A stretch of 64,000 bases of DNA from Alphaproteobacteria bacterium (lineage in GTDB: Bacteria; Pseudomonadota; Alphaproteobacteria; Sphingomonadales; JAKSBY01). Made by a program: the position numbers and the translations under genes. Positions 1-10,263 of the stretch are shown in pieces (position 1 is the stretch's first letter; each line of letters begins with the position of its first letter). A model generated the notes under the pieces. That model had not been told where the DNA came from. It worked only from the letters and a program-made list of their open reading frames with translations, and searched no databases. Location: positions 20,732-84,731 of the forward strand of contig JAJFIV010000033.1 of assembly GCA_021774625.1 (NCBI GenBank), read 5' to 3'.

Positions 1-264
1 TTTGCCGTCCGGCGCCTCACTGTGGACTATCTTGCACCCGGCCATCTTGATGACACACTGATTGTTCATACGGTCACGACGGATTTCGGCGCGGCCCGGA
101 TTGAGATTGCACAGCGCATCACCTGCGGCGGTCAGGAACTGGCAAAGGCCACGCTGACAATTGCCGCGCTTGATGAGGAAGGCCGGCCCCGGCGGTTGCC
201 GGATTTGTTAAAACACAAGCTTCCGGCGCTGATTGCCGAAGCGGATCAACGGGAAAAGAATTAG
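1..264 (+). CDS. ybgC: Tol-Pal-associated acyl-CoA thioesterase, C-terminal part (5' end lies outside the window)
   Basis: Frame 1 is open from base 1 to TAG 262-264. The stop abuts the tolQ ATG at 265. This is the canonical slot upstream of tolQRAB-pal, so the call rests mainly on synteny. Confidence 0.6.
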   Translation, partial: FAVRRLTVDYLAPGHLDDTLIVHTVTTDFGAARIEIAQRITCGGQELAKATLTIAALDEEGRPRRLPDLLKHKLPALIAEADQREKN

Positions 265-990
265 ATGCAGCAAGATCAGGTCATTGATGCAGTGGATTTG
301 GGCGGCCGGTCGGCCGATTTCTCTGTCTGGGGCATGTTTATCGAAGCCGATATCGTTGTTCAGCTGGTAATGGTCCTTCTGTTGCTCGCCTCCTTCTGGA
401 GCTGGGCGATTATTTACGAAAAAATCATGCGGATCAGGAAGGTCAATGCCCACGCCAATCAGTTCGAAGAAGTGTTCTGGTCCGGCAATTCGCTGGATAA
501 TCTTTATGATTCCATGCGCAGCCGGGCCGATCATCCGATGGCGATGGTTTTTATCGCCGCCATGCGGGAATGGCAGAAATCCCTAGCCGGCCGGTCAACG
601 GTTGCCGATAAGCTGGGCATTCAGGACCGGATCGCCAAGGTGATGCGGGTAACTATGAACCGCGAACTGGAACGGCTGGAACATCAGCTCGGATTTCTGG
701 CAACGGTGGGCTCCACCGCGCCCTTTGTCGGCCTGTTCGGCACGGTCTGGGGCATTATGAACAGCTTTCAGGCCATTGCGCTGACCTCCAATACCAGCCT
801 TGCCGTCGTGGCCCCCGGCATTGCCGAAGCCCTGATGGCGACCGCCCTCGGACTGGTTGCCGCCATCCCCGCCGTCATGGCCTATAACAAGATTTCGACG
901 GATGTGGAGCGCTATGCCAGCCGCGTGGAAGGGTTTTCTGAAGAATTTTCCGCTATCCTGTCGCGGCAACTCGAAGAAAGGCATGGATGA
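265..990 (+). CDS. tolQ: Tol-Pal system protein TolQ (MotA/TolQ/ExbB proton channel)
   Basis: 241 aa with three predicted TM segments. Contains the MotA/ExbB-type C-terminal core (GFLATVGSTAPFVGLFGTVWGIM...AEALMATALGL). Overlaps tolR by 4 nt. Confidence 0.9.
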   Translation: MQQDQVIDAVDLGGRSADFSVWGMFIEADIVVQLVMVLLLLASFWSWAIIYEKIMRIRKVNAHANQFEEVFWSGNSLDNLYDSMRSRADHPMAMVFIAAMREWQKSLAGRSTVADKLGIQDRIAKVMRVTMNRELERLEHQLGFLATVGSTAPFVGLFGTVWGIMNSFQAIALTSNTSLAVVAPGIAEALMATALGLVAAIPAVMAYNKISTDVERYASRVEGFSEEFSAILSRQLEERHG

Positions 991-1418
991 TGGGCGTTTC
1001 CCTGCACAGAGGCAGCAGCCGCAAGGGCCGCTACCGCCGCATGTCGGAAATCAATGTCACGCCCTTTGTGGATGTGATGCTGGTGCTGCTCATTGTTTTT
1101 ATGGTGACCGCCCCGCTTCTGACGGTTGGCGTACCGGTTGACCTGCCGCAGGCCACGGCGCAACCGCTGCCGGAAGATGACCGCCCGCTGGAAATCACCC
1201 TTGATCAAAATAGCGCCATATTTATCGGCGATACCGAGATTAAAGTGGCTGAACTGATCCCGCGCCTGCGCGCCATCGCCAATAACCGGATGGACGCCCG
1301 CATTTATATCAGGGGCGATCAGTCGCTGCCTTACGGTACGGTGATGGAGGTGATGGGTCTGATCAATGGCGCCGGTTTTACCAAGGTGGCGCTGGTTACG
1401 GAACAGCCAAGACGCTAG
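987..1418 (+). CDS. tolR: Tol-Pal system protein TolR (ExbD/TolR family)
   Basis: 143 aa. Carries the ExbD/TolR signature (MSEINVTPFVDVMLVLLIVFMV) followed by a periplasmic domain. Sits between tolQ and tolA. Confidence 0.9.
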   Translation: MMGVSLHRGSSRKGRYRRMSEINVTPFVDVMLVLLIVFMVTAPLLTVGVPVDLPQATAQPLPEDDRPLEITLDQNSAIFIGDTEIKVAELIPRLRAIANNRMDARIYIRGDQSLPYGTVMEVMGLINGAGFTKVALVTEQPRR

Positions 1419-1446
1419 TTCGGAATTAAGGATAAGGAAACACCGC

Positions 1447-2337
1447 GTGATTGGTGTGGAGCACGGCACAGAAAGTATAAGCAGACTGAAACCTGCCGCA
1501 ACGCCGGTGGAATTCAGACTCGGCCTGATCGCCTCCCTGGTGTTTCATGCAGCTGTTTTTGGCGCATTTTTTGTTCCCCTTCCCGGCTTTCTTACGCGCG
1601 ATGACCGGCCGGCGGACGTCATATCGGTGGAATTTATCACCATTGACGAAGTGAACCGGATCACCGAACCGGAACAAAAACCCGAACCAGAGCCGGAACC
1701 GGAACAAAAGGCTGCGGAACAGCCGCCCGAGCAGAAAGCAGCCCCCGAACCGCCCCGTCAGATGGCCGAGGCGGTGCCGCCGCCGGACGCGGAGATTATC
1801 AAAAAACCCGAGCCGGAAGTTCAGGAAAAACCCCGTGTGATCCCTGCGACTGCGCCCCGCACAAAACCGCGGCCGCCGAGCAAGTTCGATGCAAGCAGGA
1901 TTGCCGCCCTGCTTGATAAATCCGTCAAGGAGGACACGCCGCCGCCACAGGAAACCGAAGAACAGCCGCAAGATAAGCTGGCGGACGCTGTGGAAAGAGT
2001 GCAGCCAAACGTCCTTCAGGCCCGTGTGGCGACCGCAACGATCAGCAGCGCCATGAACTCGAAAATCCGCGAATGCTGGAATGTTCCGACCGGCGCGAAG
2101 GATGCCCGCGACCTTAACGTCATGATTCTGATAAATTTATCACTGGAAGGCGAACTCATCCGTCCGCCCCGGGTGATTGACCGCTCGCGCATGAACAATG
2201 ATGAGTTTTACCGGATTGCGGCAGAAAGCGCACTGCGCGCCGTTATCCGCTGCGCTCCTTATGATTTGCCAAAAGACATGTATGATGAATGGCGCGAAAT
2301 GCAGCTGAACTTCGATCCTAAGGATATGTTTGGATAA
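1447..2337 (+). CDS. tolA: Tol-Pal system protein TolA
   Basis: Has a TM anchor ([19 protein letters not shown]), a Pro/Glu/Lys-rich linker ([29 protein letters not shown]) and a TolA/TonB-like C-terminus. GTG 1447 is preceded by AAGGATAAGGAAA. The ORF-track start at 1366 would overlap tolR by 53 nt, so the start is uncertain. Confidence 0.75.
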   Translation: MIGVEHGTESISRLKPAATPVEFRLGLIASLVFHAAVFGAFFVPLPGFLTRDDRPADVISVEFITIDEVNRITEPEQKPEPEPEPEQKAAEQPPEQKAAPEPPRQMAEAVPPPDAEIIKKPEPEVQEKPRVIPATAPRTKPRPPSKFDASRIAALLDKSVKEDTPPPQETEEQPQDKLADAVERVQPNVLQARVATATISSAMNSKIRECWNVPTGAKDARDLNVMILINLSLEGELIRPPRVIDRSRMNNDEFYRIAAESALRAVIRCAPYDLPKDMYDEWREMQLNFDPKDMFG

Positions 2338-3719
2338 TGAGTGATAAAATTATGAAGCGAGAAAAGCCCCGCACCCGTTCCTTGTTGACGCTCCTTGTTT
2401 TGTTGTTGACCGGTCTGATGGCGCCGCCGGCAACAGCGGTGATTACGGTGGATATTACCGAAGGCTATAGCGAGCCTCTGCCGATCGCCATTCCGGCTTT
2501 CGCGACCTCCTCTCAGGCAACCACGACGACCGGCACCGTAGCGCAGATCGGCGGCAATATCGCCGATGTGATTTCGGCTGATCTCACCCGTTCCGGCCTG
2601 TTCCGGCCGCTTGACCGGGAATCCTTTATCTCGACGCCCGGCGCCGCCGAAGTCCGCCCCCGTTTCGCCAACTGGCGCGCCATTGGCACCCAGGCTCTGG
2701 TATCGGGCCGGGTGGAACTGGAATCCGATGGCCGCATCCGTGTGGAATTCCGGCTGTGGGATGTGCTGTCCGAAAGTCAGATGACCGGCCTGCGCTATGT
2801 TTTCCCGGCAGAAAACTGGCGGCGGGTATCCCATCTGATAGCCGATGCGGTCTATCGCCGGCTGACCGGCGAAGCCGGCTATTTCGACAGCCGGCTGGTT
2901 TATATCGCGGAAACCGGACCCCAGACCAATCGCATCAAGCGGCTCGCCATTATGGATCAGGACGGCTACAACCACCGCTATCTGACCGATGGCCGCGACC
3001 TGGTGCTGACCCCGCGTTTTTCACCTACCCGGCAGGAAATCACCTATCTCGCCTATTATAACGACAAACCGCGGGTCTATCTTTACAACATCGATACCGG
3101 CAAACATGAGGTGCTGGGCGATTTTCCCAATATGACCTTCGCGCCGCGCTTTTCGCCGGACGGCAACAAAGTGGTCATGAGCCTTGCCGAAAACGGCAAC
3201 AGCGACGTCTATGTCATGGACCTTCGGACCCGGCAGATGCGGCGGCTGACAAGTCATCCGGGCATCGACACCTCGCCGTCCTATTCGCCGGATGGCGACG
3301 AGATCGTCTTTAATTCCGACCGCGGCGGCTCGCAGCAGCTTTACACCATGAATGCCGATGGCAGCAGTGTGAAGCGCATCTCCTTCGACCAGAATGGCGC
3401 GCGTTACGGCACACCGGTCTGGTCCCCTCGCGGAGATTTGATCGCCTTCACAAAACTTGGCGAAGGAAAATTTCGTATTGGGGTGATGGAAACCGATGGC
3501 TCCCGCGAGCGGTTATTGACCGATGCCTATCAGGACGAGGGGCCGACCTGGGCCCCGAATGGCCGGGTTTTGGTTTATTTTCGCCAGACTCCCTCTGATT
3601 CTCAGGGCCGCGGCGGCACTACAACCATGTGGTCGATTGACCTCACCGGCTATAATGAGCGTCCGGTTGCGACCCCCCTTGACGCATCGGACCCGGCATG
3701 GTCGCCGCTTTTACGTTAA
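2337..3719 (+). CDS. tolB: Tol-Pal system beta-propeller protein TolB
   Basis: 460 aa with a signal peptide. Shows repeated propeller motifs (FSPTRQ, FSPDGNK, YSPDGDE, WSPRGD, WAPNG). Its ATG overlaps the tolA stop. An alternative ATG lies at 2352. Confidence 0.9.
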   Translation: MSDKIMKREKPRTRSLLTLLVLLLTGLMAPPATAVITVDITEGYSEPLPIAIPAFATSSQATTTTGTVAQIGGNIADVISADLTRSGLFRPLDRESFISTPGAAEVRPRFANWRAIGTQALVSGRVELESDGRIRVEFRLWDVLSESQMTGLRYVFPAENWRRVSHLIADAVYRRLTGEAGYFDSRLVYIAETGPQTNRIKRLAIMDQDGYNHRYLTDGRDLVLTPRFSPTRQEITYLAYYNDKPRVYLYNIDTGKHEVLGDFPNMTFAPRFSPDGNKVVMSLAENGNSDVYVMDLRTRQMRRLTSHPGIDTSPSYSPDGDEIVFNSDRGGSQQLYTMNADGSSVKRISFDQNGARYGTPVWSPRGDLIAFTKLGEGKFRIGVMETDGSRERLLTDAYQDEGPTWAPNGRVLVYFRQTPSDSQGRGGTTTMWSIDLTGYNERPVATPLDASDPAWSPLLR

Positions 3720-3759
3720 ATTAAAGCGAAAGCTCTTAAATTTATTGACATTCTTCCCC

Positions 3760-3788
3760 TTGATCCTTTGATTTTGGGGCATTATAGT
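3760..3788 (+). promoter_or_regulatory. Candidate sigma-70-type promoter for pal (TTGATC-N17-TATAGT)
   Basis: TTGATC at 3760-3765, a 17-nt spacer, TATAGT at 3783-3788, all within the 194-bp tolB-pal gap. A TTGACA at 3745-3750 lies just upstream. Motif match only. Confidence 0.3.
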
Positions 3789-3913
3789 GCGTCGGGATTG
3801 TGCAGCCGCGAAAGTGATTGTATCGTCGCAAATTGGAGGGCAATCGGACCCCGTATCGCAACGGTCTGGGGCCTGTAACTTAATCAGATACGGTTCGGTG
3901 AAAAGGATTTCAT

Positions 3914-4480
3914 ATGACACAATTTGGCTCAGGCATAAAATTTATTGCCGTCGTTTTTGTGGCGGCTTTGCTCGGGGCTTGCTCGACAAAGCCTGCAACC
4001 GACAGCACAGACACGACTGTTGATACCGGCACGCAACAGAATACCACTCCACCTCCTGTTGCAACCCCCGAGGTGGAAAGAGAACCAATAGACCGGGGCC
4101 CGGCCAAGGGTTCTTTTGATGACATGGTGGCGGTTGTCGGCGGTGACCGGGTGTTTTTCGCTTTTGACAGTTCCGAACTGTCGTCATCTGCGCGCACGAC
4201 CCTGCAACGGGCTGCAACCTGGATGAATGACAATCGTTCCGTCCGCATCACTGTCGAAGGACATGCCGATGAGCGCGGCACGCGGGAATATAACCTGGCT
4301 TTGGGCGAACGGCGCGCAACCGCGGTAAAGAATTATATGGCGGCGCTGGGTGTTTCCGCTTCACGGGTCGGCACCATTTCCTATGGTAAGGAACGTCCGG
4401 CGGTTCTCGGCTCCAATGAATCGGCCTGGTCGCAAAACCGGCGCGGCCAGATCACGGTGAACGGATCACCGGGCACCTAA
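3914..4480 (+). CDS. pal: Peptidoglycan-associated lipoprotein Pal (OmpA family)
   Basis: Lipobox LLGAC after the signal sequence. OmpA-like C-terminal domain (VEGHADERGTREYNLALGERRA). Lies downstream of tolB. Confidence 0.9.
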   Translation: MTQFGSGIKFIAVVFVAALLGACSTKPATDSTDTTVDTGTQQNTTPPPVATPEVEREPIDRGPAKGSFDDMVAVVGGDRVFFAFDSSELSSSARTTLQRAATWMNDNRSVRITVEGHADERGTREYNLALGERRATAVKNYMAALGVSASRVGTISYGKERPAVLGSNESAWSQNRRGQITVNGSPGT

Positions 4481-4503
4481 GCCTGACGCAACCGGACAGT
4501 ATA

Positions 4504-4561
4504 ATCCCGCGCCTTGATTTGGCCGAACTTTTATGTTTGGTTCAAGGCGCGGGATTTTTTA
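4504..4561 (+). terminator. Stem-loop plus T-run after pal (possible partial terminator before cpoB)
   Basis: 14-bp stem ATCCCGCGCCTTGA (4504-4517) pairs with TCAAGGCGCGGGAT (4542-4555), followed by TTTTTT. The loop is large (24 nt). Confidence 0.5.
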
Positions 4562-4609
4562 TGCCCGCTCTCCACCTAGGGTCAGGACCCCAAATGAGGA
4601 TTGAGCAAA

Positions 4610-5587
4610 ATGAGCTTTTTTGCCCCCACCCGGATTCTTTCTGTTGTTTCCCTTACGATTGTCGCCAGCCTGATAATTCTTCAGCCGGCAGCGGCCCAGA
4701 CCCGGGCGGAAATCAATAAAAAGATCGAAAATCTCGAAAAACAGTTGCAGGCCGTCCAGCGGCGGGTCTTTCAAAGCGGTGACTGGCCGGGGGGCAATAC
4801 CGGCGCGGACACAGCCCCGGTGGGGACACAGCCGCTGAACCCTCCAACAGGACTGATTGCAAACAACCCTGCCCTGCTGGCTGATATGGAAATCCGCCTG
4901 GCGGAAATTGAGCGGCAAATGCGCTTGCTGACCGGCAAGATCGAAGAAGCCACTTACCAGGGCGGACAGCTGCAGCGGGATTTTGAACGTTTCAAGGGCG
5001 ATGCGGAATTCCGCCTGACCACGCTGGAACGGGACGGAGCGGCTGGCAGCTTTTCGGCAACCGCCAATTCTTCACCCGCCCGCCCAGCGGCAGATACGCC
5101 GCCGCTGGAAACAATCGAAGAGCCGGCCGTCAACACGGAAACCCGGCAGGTCGCCACCGCTGTCGCTCCACCGCCCTCAAGCGACCCGGCGCTGCCGCAA
5201 GGCTCGGTTCAGGATCAGTATAATTATGCCTTCGATTATCTGCGCCGCGGCGACTATGCCAATGCCGAACGATCCTTTACAGCATTTCTGGACAACCATG
5301 GCGGCGAACCTTTGGCCGGCAATGCGCAATACTGGCTGGGTGAAACCTATTACGCGCGCGGCGACTTCCCCCGCGCGGCCCAGTCTTTTCTGAGCGGATA
5401 TCAGGATTATCCCGACAGCCCCAAGGGGCCGGACAGCCTTTTAAAGCTGGGGATGACCCTTGCGAATCTGGAGCAGAAGAACGAGGCCTGCGCGGCTTTT
5501 GACGAACTGAATATCCGTTATCCGTCCGCACCGGATTCGGTGAAACGCCGGACCACCATCGAGGCCGCCCGCAACAGCTGCAATTAA
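4610..5587 (+). CDS. cpoB: Cell-division coordinator CpoB/YbgF (coiled coil plus TPR)
   Basis: Has a signal peptide, a coiled-coil N-terminal half and a TPR-like C-terminus (YWLGETYYARGDFPRAAQSF). Lies downstream of pal. ATG 4610 sits 9 nt after GAGGA. The ORF track uses TTG 4601. Confidence 0.8.
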   Translation: MSFFAPTRILSVVSLTIVASLIILQPAAAQTRAEINKKIENLEKQLQAVQRRVFQSGDWPGGNTGADTAPVGTQPLNPPTGLIANNPALLADMEIRLAEIERQMRLLTGKIEEATYQGGQLQRDFERFKGDAEFRLTTLERDGAAGSFSATANSSPARPAADTPPLETIEEPAVNTETRQVATAVAPPPSSDPALPQGSVQDQYNYAFDYLRRGDYANAERSFTAFLDNHGGEPLAGNAQYWLGETYYARGDFPRAAQSFLSGYQDYPDSPKGPDSLLKLGMTLANLEQKNEACAAFDELNIRYPSAPDSVKRRTTIEAARNSCN

Positions 5588-5617
5588 CTGGGTCCCTCTC
5601 ATGCAGGACTGCCATAT

Positions 5618-6940
5618 ATGGACGCCGCACCGATCCAGGGAGATGAATTTTCGCGGCTGATGGCGGCTTCAGGGCTGACGCCGGCTGAGGGCCGGGTTGC
5701 GGTCGCGGTTTCCGGCGGCGGCGACAGTATGGCGCTCAGCCTTCTCGCCGCCCGCTGGGGAAAAGCCGTCTTTCTGACGTTTGATCATGGGCTTCGCCCG
5801 GAATCAGCGGCAGAGGCGGCACAGACCGGACGCTGGCTTAAAAAATACCAGCTTGAACACCACATTCTGACCTGGGAAGGAACGAAACCTGATAAAAACC
5901 TTCAGGCGGCGGCAAGGCTAGCCCGCTACAGGGCCCTTGAAGACTGGTGTGCGGCAAGCAATATCAGGAGCCTTTTGCTGGCCCATCACCAGGACGATCA
6001 GGCGGAAACTTTTTTGTTGCGGTTGGCCCGCGGCAGCGGCGTGGACGGACTAGCGGCGATGAGAAAGGTGACAGGCCCCCTGACCCGGAAAGACGGCCCC
6101 AACCTTGTCCGGCCGCTGCTGGATGTGCCGAAAGCCCGGCTTGCCGCGACGCTTAAGCTCATCGGACAGGACTGGATCGAAGACCCCTCCAACGAAAACC
6201 GCGATTTCGACCGTATCAAAATCCGTGACTTTCTCAAAGACCCGCCGCTGGAGGGCTTCAATCCGGCGCGTCTGGCCGCCACGGCGAAGCGCCTGCAACG
6301 GGTGCGAAGCACTCTTGAAAGCCTGACGGCAGAAATTCTGACAAGCGCCGTCACCATCCACTCCGAGGGGTATGGCGCAGTTTCGCCGGAAGTTCTCAGC
6401 CGCTATGGCGATGAAATCGGTCTCAGGGTCCTGGCCCGGCTCGTGGTGCATATCGGCGGCAATGCTTATCCGCCGCGGCTGAAGGGTCTGGAAAGAATTT
6501 ACGATGAGATTGCTGGCGGCGGCGCCTTTGGCGCAGCTCTTGCCGGATGCCTGATTCAGCGGGAGGATAAAGGCCCGGTCATGGTGATGCGGGAAGTGGC
6601 GGCGATAGAGGGCCCGGTGATGATCCGCGCAGGCGAAACTGTTTTATGGGACCGGCGTTTTCTGCTTTCCCGCCATACCGGCTGCCGGCTGGCGTCCTGT
6701 GAAGCGGCGGCGCTGGGCGGCGGGGGCTGGAACAGCTTTCTGAGCAATACGCCTGATCTGGCGGCAAAAGTAAAAAATATTCCGCACTCCGTCAGACTGT
6801 CCCTGCCGGCTTTTCAGTCCGGCGGCCGTCTTGTCGCCATCCCGCATCTGGGTTATGAAAAAACCGGCGCCGGAAGTTTTTCCGCATGCTTTTCTCCGCA
6901 CATGCCCCTTTATACGGAAAGGCCGGATTGGCAAAAGTAA
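5618..6940 (+). CDS. tilS: tRNA(Ile)-lysidine synthetase
   Basis: PP-loop motif SGGGDSMAL near the N-terminus. 440 aa. Occupies the conserved tilS-ftsH position. Confidence 0.85.
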   Translation: MDAAPIQGDEFSRLMAASGLTPAEGRVAVAVSGGGDSMALSLLAARWGKAVFLTFDHGLRPESAAEAAQTGRWLKKYQLEHHILTWEGTKPDKNLQAAARLARYRALEDWCAASNIRSLLLAHHQDDQAETFLLRLARGSGVDGLAAMRKVTGPLTRKDGPNLVRPLLDVPKARLAATLKLIGQDWIEDPSNENRDFDRIKIRDFLKDPPLEGFNPARLAATAKRLQRVRSTLESLTAEILTSAVTIHSEGYGAVSPEVLSRYGDEIGLRVLARLVVHIGGNAYPPRLKGLERIYDEIAGGGAFGAALAGCLIQREDKGPVMVMREVAAIEGPVMIRAGETVLWDRRFLLSRHTGCRLASCEAAALGGGGWNSFLSNTPDLAAKVKNIPHSVRLSLPAFQSGGRLVAIPHLGYEKTGAGSFSACFSPHMPLYTERPDWQK

Positions 6941-6961
6941 AGGCAGAAATGGTCTTTTCAA

Positions 6962-6989
6962 CTTGTCAGACCATAAAAAGTGCTTATTT
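6962..6989 (+). promoter_or_regulatory. Candidate RpoH (sigma-32)-type heat-shock promoter upstream of ftsH
   Basis: CTTG (6962-6965), 17-nt spacer, CTTATTT (6983-6989). This matches the alphaproteobacterial heat-shock consensus CTTG-N17-CYTATNT. It lies about 110 nt upstream of the ftsH GTG in an AT-rich gap. Confidence 0.5.
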
Positions 6990-7100
6990 GTATGAGTAAG
7001 ATTCCTTATGGAACCATTTATAAAGAATGCTGTTCCATTCTTTGGTTCGAAATTGAGGCGGTACGGTAAATAATATACCACCGGCGTTGAAAGGCAGACA

Positions 7101-9041
7101 GTGAATAAAATCGGACGGAATGCGTTTTTCTGGGTTGCTATCCTTATCCTTGCAGTGGCGTTGTTTAATATGTTCCAGGGCTCTTCCCAACAGGGGAGGC
7201 CCGCGGAATTGCCCTATTCGGATTTTCGGCGTGCCGTGGATCAGGGCCAGGTTGAAGAAGTCACGATCAAGGGCCGGGAAATCACCGGCAAGTATGAAAA
7301 TGGCTTGCCCTTCACAACCAGCATACCCATTGAAGACCCCAACCTTTCCGACCGGCTTTATGAGCAGAATGTTAAAATCACCGTCGATAATGAGGGCTCC
7401 AGCCTTATTCTGAATTTGCTGGCCGCCTGGTTCCCGATGCTGCTGCTGATCGGCGTATGGATTTTCTTTATGCGCCAGATGCAGGGCGGCGGCGGGCGCG
7501 GCGCCATGGGCTTCGGTAAATCCAAGGCGCGGCTTTTGACCGAACGCCAGGGTCGGATCACCTTCGAGGATGTCGCCGGTGTCGATGAAGCCAAGGAAGA
7601 ACTGGAGGAAATCGTCGAATTTTTGCGCGACCCGCAGAAATTCCAGCGCCTGGGCGGTAAAATCCCCAAAGGGGCGCTGCTGGTCGGCCCGCCCGGCACC
7701 GGTAAGACGCTGCTGGCCCGCGCCGTTGCCGGCGAAGCCAATGTGCCCTTCTTCACGATTTCCGGTTCCGATTTTGTCGAAATGTTTGTCGGTGTCGGCG
7801 CCAGCCGGGTCCGCGATATGTTCGAACAGGCCAAAAAAAGCGCGCCCTGCATTATTTTCATTGACGAAATCGATGCCGTTGGCCGCCACCGTGGCGCCGG
7901 TCTCGGCGGCGGCAATGACGAACGGGAACAGACCCTCAATCAGCTGCTTGTTGAAATGGACGGGTTTGAGACCAATGAAGGCATTATCCTGATTGCGGCC
8001 ACCAACCGGCCGGATGTTCTTGACCCGGCGCTGCTTCGCCCCGGCCGCTTTGACCGTCAGGTCGTGGTCCCCAATCCGGACATTCTGGGCCGGGAAAAAA
8101 TCCTGCAGGTCCATATGAAGAAGGTGCCGATCGCCCCCGATGTGAAACCCCGGGTGATTGCCCGCGGCACACCGGGTTTTTCCGGCGCCGATCTTGCCAA
8201 TCTGGTCAATGAAGCCGCACTGCTCGCAGCCCGCAAAGGCAAACGGGTGGTCTCCATGGCAGAGTTCGAAGAGGCCAAGGATAAGGTCATGATGGGAGCA
8301 GAACGGCGTTCCATGGTCATGACCGAAGATGAGAAAAAACTTACCGCCTACCATGAAGCGGGCCACGCGCTGGTCAGTCTGGAAGTGCCGGGTAACGACC
8401 CCTTGCACAAAGTGACTATCATTCCGCGCGGCCGTGCGCTGGGCGTAACGTTCAATCTTCCCGAGCGGGACCGGCTCAGTATGAAAAAGTCGGAAATGAA
8501 TGCGCGGCTGGCGACCCTTTTCGGCGGGCGGATTGCCGAACAGCTGATCTTTGGCAATGACGATGTTACGACCGGCGCTTCCAATGATATTCAGCAGGCC
8601 ACCAATCTGGCCCGCGCCATGGTCACTCAATACGGCATGTCGGATATTTTGGGACCGCTGCGCTATATGGATAACCAGGAAGAGGTCTTCCTTGGCCATT
8701 CCGTGGCCAAAACCCAGAATATTTCTGAAGAAACCGCCCAGATGATTGACCAGGAGGTGCGCCGCATCATTGACGAGGCCGAAGCTATGGCGCGCAAGGT
8801 TTTGACCGACCAGATCGCTGATTTGCACACGATTGCCGAAGCTCTGCTGGAATATGAAACCTTGTCGGGCGATGAGGTGAAAGCTTTGCTGGCCGGTGAG
8901 AAGATCGTGCGGGAACAGCCTAAGGACGACGAGTCCAAACCCAAACCGCCGGCCGCCAGCGCTATTCCAACAACCGAGCCCACGGGCAAAAGGGATGGCA
9001 AGACAACGGGCGGACTGGATCCGGAACCGCAACCGAGTTAG
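7101..9041 (+). CDS. ftsH: ATP-dependent zinc metalloprotease FtsH
   Basis: 646 aa. Walker A motif [11 protein letters not shown]+ core, zinc site HEAGH, N-terminal TM segments. Confidence 0.97.
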   Translation: MNKIGRNAFFWVAILILAVALFNMFQGSSQQGRPAELPYSDFRRAVDQGQVEEVTIKGREITGKYENGLPFTTSIPIEDPNLSDRLYEQNVKITVDNEGSSLILNLLAAWFPMLLLIGVWIFFMRQMQGGGGRGAMGFGKSKARLLTERQGRITFEDVAGVDEAKEELEEIVEFLRDPQKFQRLGGKIPKGALLVGPPGTGKTLLARAVAGEANVPFFTISGSDFVEMFVGVGASRVRDMFEQAKKSAPCIIFIDEIDAVGRHRGAGLGGGNDEREQTLNQLLVEMDGFETNEGIILIAATNRPDVLDPALLRPGRFDRQVVVPNPDILGREKILQVHMKKVPIAPDVKPRVIARGTPGFSGADLANLVNEAALLAARKGKRVVSMAEFEEAKDKVMMGAERRSMVMTEDEKKLTAYHEAGHALVSLEVPGNDPLHKVTIIPRGRALGVTFNLPERDRLSMKKSEMNARLATLFGGRIAEQLIFGNDDVTTGASNDIQQATNLARAMVTQYGMSDILGPLRYMDNQEEVFLGHSVAKTQNISEETAQMIDQEVRRIIDEAEAMARKVLTDQIADLHTIAEALLEYETLSGDEVKALLAGEKIVREQPKDDESKPKPPAASAIPTTEPTGKRDGKTTGGLDPEPQPS

Positions 9042-9064
9042 CCGCAAAGTAAGGGGGCGATCAG

Positions 9065-10183
9065 GTGAAGACGGATTGGCGAAACCTGCCCTCCGGCGCG
9101 GTTCTTTATCTCCGTCCTGCCGGGCTGGTTTCCTGCGCCACTTCAGAAGATCATGCCATGCAACTGGCGGGGGGAACCTCGGCCTTTACCGGACTGGAAA
9201 TCATTGTCAGCAATTTTGGTGAACGCATCGCGCGCGCATTTGTGCCGATCCAGAATCTTCAGGATATCAGAGATGCCCTGCCCGGTCCGCTGCAAAACCG
9301 CTATGACCGGCTTTATCAAAATCTTACCGCGGCGCCAGCGCCTCTTCAATTGGGGCAGGCCACCCTTTCCTTCAGCAAACCCAGGATCATGGGCGTAATC
9401 AATGTCACCCCGGACAGTTTTTCTGACGGCGGTGATTTTGCCGAAGCCGATATGGCCATTACAGCCGGAAAAGCCATGGCCGAGGCAGGGGTGGATATTA
9501 TCGATATTGGCGGCGAATCGACGCGTCCCGGAGCAGCCCCGGTCTGGGAGGGCGAGGAGAAAGACCGTATCCTGCCGGTGATAACGGCGCTGCGGGATAC
9601 CGGCGTGACCCTTTCCGTCGATACCAGGCGGGCCAGTGTTATGACGGCGGCGCTCGAAGCGGGCGTTCACATCATAAATGATGTTTCCGCCCTGACCTAT
9701 GATGCGGAAAGCATCACGGTCGCCGCAGCCTCCGGTGCGCCGGTGATCCTGATGCACAGCCTGCCCGATCCTTCCACCATGCAGAATGACCCCCGCTATG
9801 ACGATGTGCTGCTGGATATCTTTGACTATCTGGAAGCGCGGATCGAAGCATGCCTGGATGCGGGCATGGACCGGTCGCGTCTTATTGTCGATCCGGGGAT
9901 CGGTTTCGGCAAGACCGTGCGTCATAATTTGGCCCTGATCAACGGGTTAAGTTTGTTTCATGGTCTTGGTTGTGCCATTATGATCGGTGTTTCGCGAAAA
10001 CGATTCATCGGCGCGCTCAGCAGGGAAGAACCGCCAAAGGAGCGGGTTCCGGGTTCGCTCATAGCGGCATTGGCCGCCCTGGAACAGGGGGCGCATATTC
10101 TGCGGGTGCATGATGTGGCCGAGACCGGACAGGCCCTTTCTGTGTGGCAGGGTCTGCGGGATGCAACTTTTTTACATCCCTGA
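9065..10183 (+). CDS. folP: Dihydropteroate synthase with an N-terminal extension of about 100 aa
   Basis: The pterin-binding core starts at [16 protein letters not shown] (residue ~108) and includes [10 protein letters not shown]. The frame is open from GTG 9065. The start is uncertain. Confidence 0.85.
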   Translation: MKTDWRNLPSGAVLYLRPAGLVSCATSEDHAMQLAGGTSAFTGLEIIVSNFGERIARAFVPIQNLQDIRDALPGPLQNRYDRLYQNLTAAPAPLQLGQATLSFSKPRIMGVINVTPDSFSDGGDFAEADMAITAGKAMAEAGVDIIDIGGESTRPGAAPVWEGEEKDRILPVITALRDTGVTLSVDTRRASVMTAALEAGVHIINDVSALTYDAESITVAAASGAPVILMHSLPDPSTMQNDPRYDDVLLDIFDYLEARIEACLDAGMDRSRLIVDPGIGFGKTVRHNLALINGLSLFHGLGCAIMIGVSRKRFIGALSREEPPKERVPGSLIAALAALEQGAHILRVHDVAETGQALSVWQGLRDATFLHP

Positions 10184-10263
10184 GCGTTTTATGGGCGAAT
10201 TGTCTACGTTCTTTTAACAAGCCTTTGATATCGTTTGGGCGTAAACCATTTCGGGGTGGAGAC

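Noticed and set aside
1366-1446. ORF-track start of tolA at 1366
   Set aside because: It would overlap tolR by 53 nt and add an Arg/Trp-rich leader. GTG 1447 with an upstream AAGGA-type SD fits better, but the start remains uncertain.
7036-7052. GGTTCGAAA, resembling a tRNA T-arm
   Set aside because: The surrounding sequence is AT-rich and cannot form acceptor, D or anticodon stems. It is part of the ftsH leader hairpin.
6984-9047. 687-aa ORF on the minus strand covering the whole ftsH locus
   Set aside because: It is exactly antisense to an unmistakable ftsH gene. Its composition is low-complexity (Gly/Ala/Arg-rich), as is typical of antisense frames in GC-rich DNA. It has no motifs.
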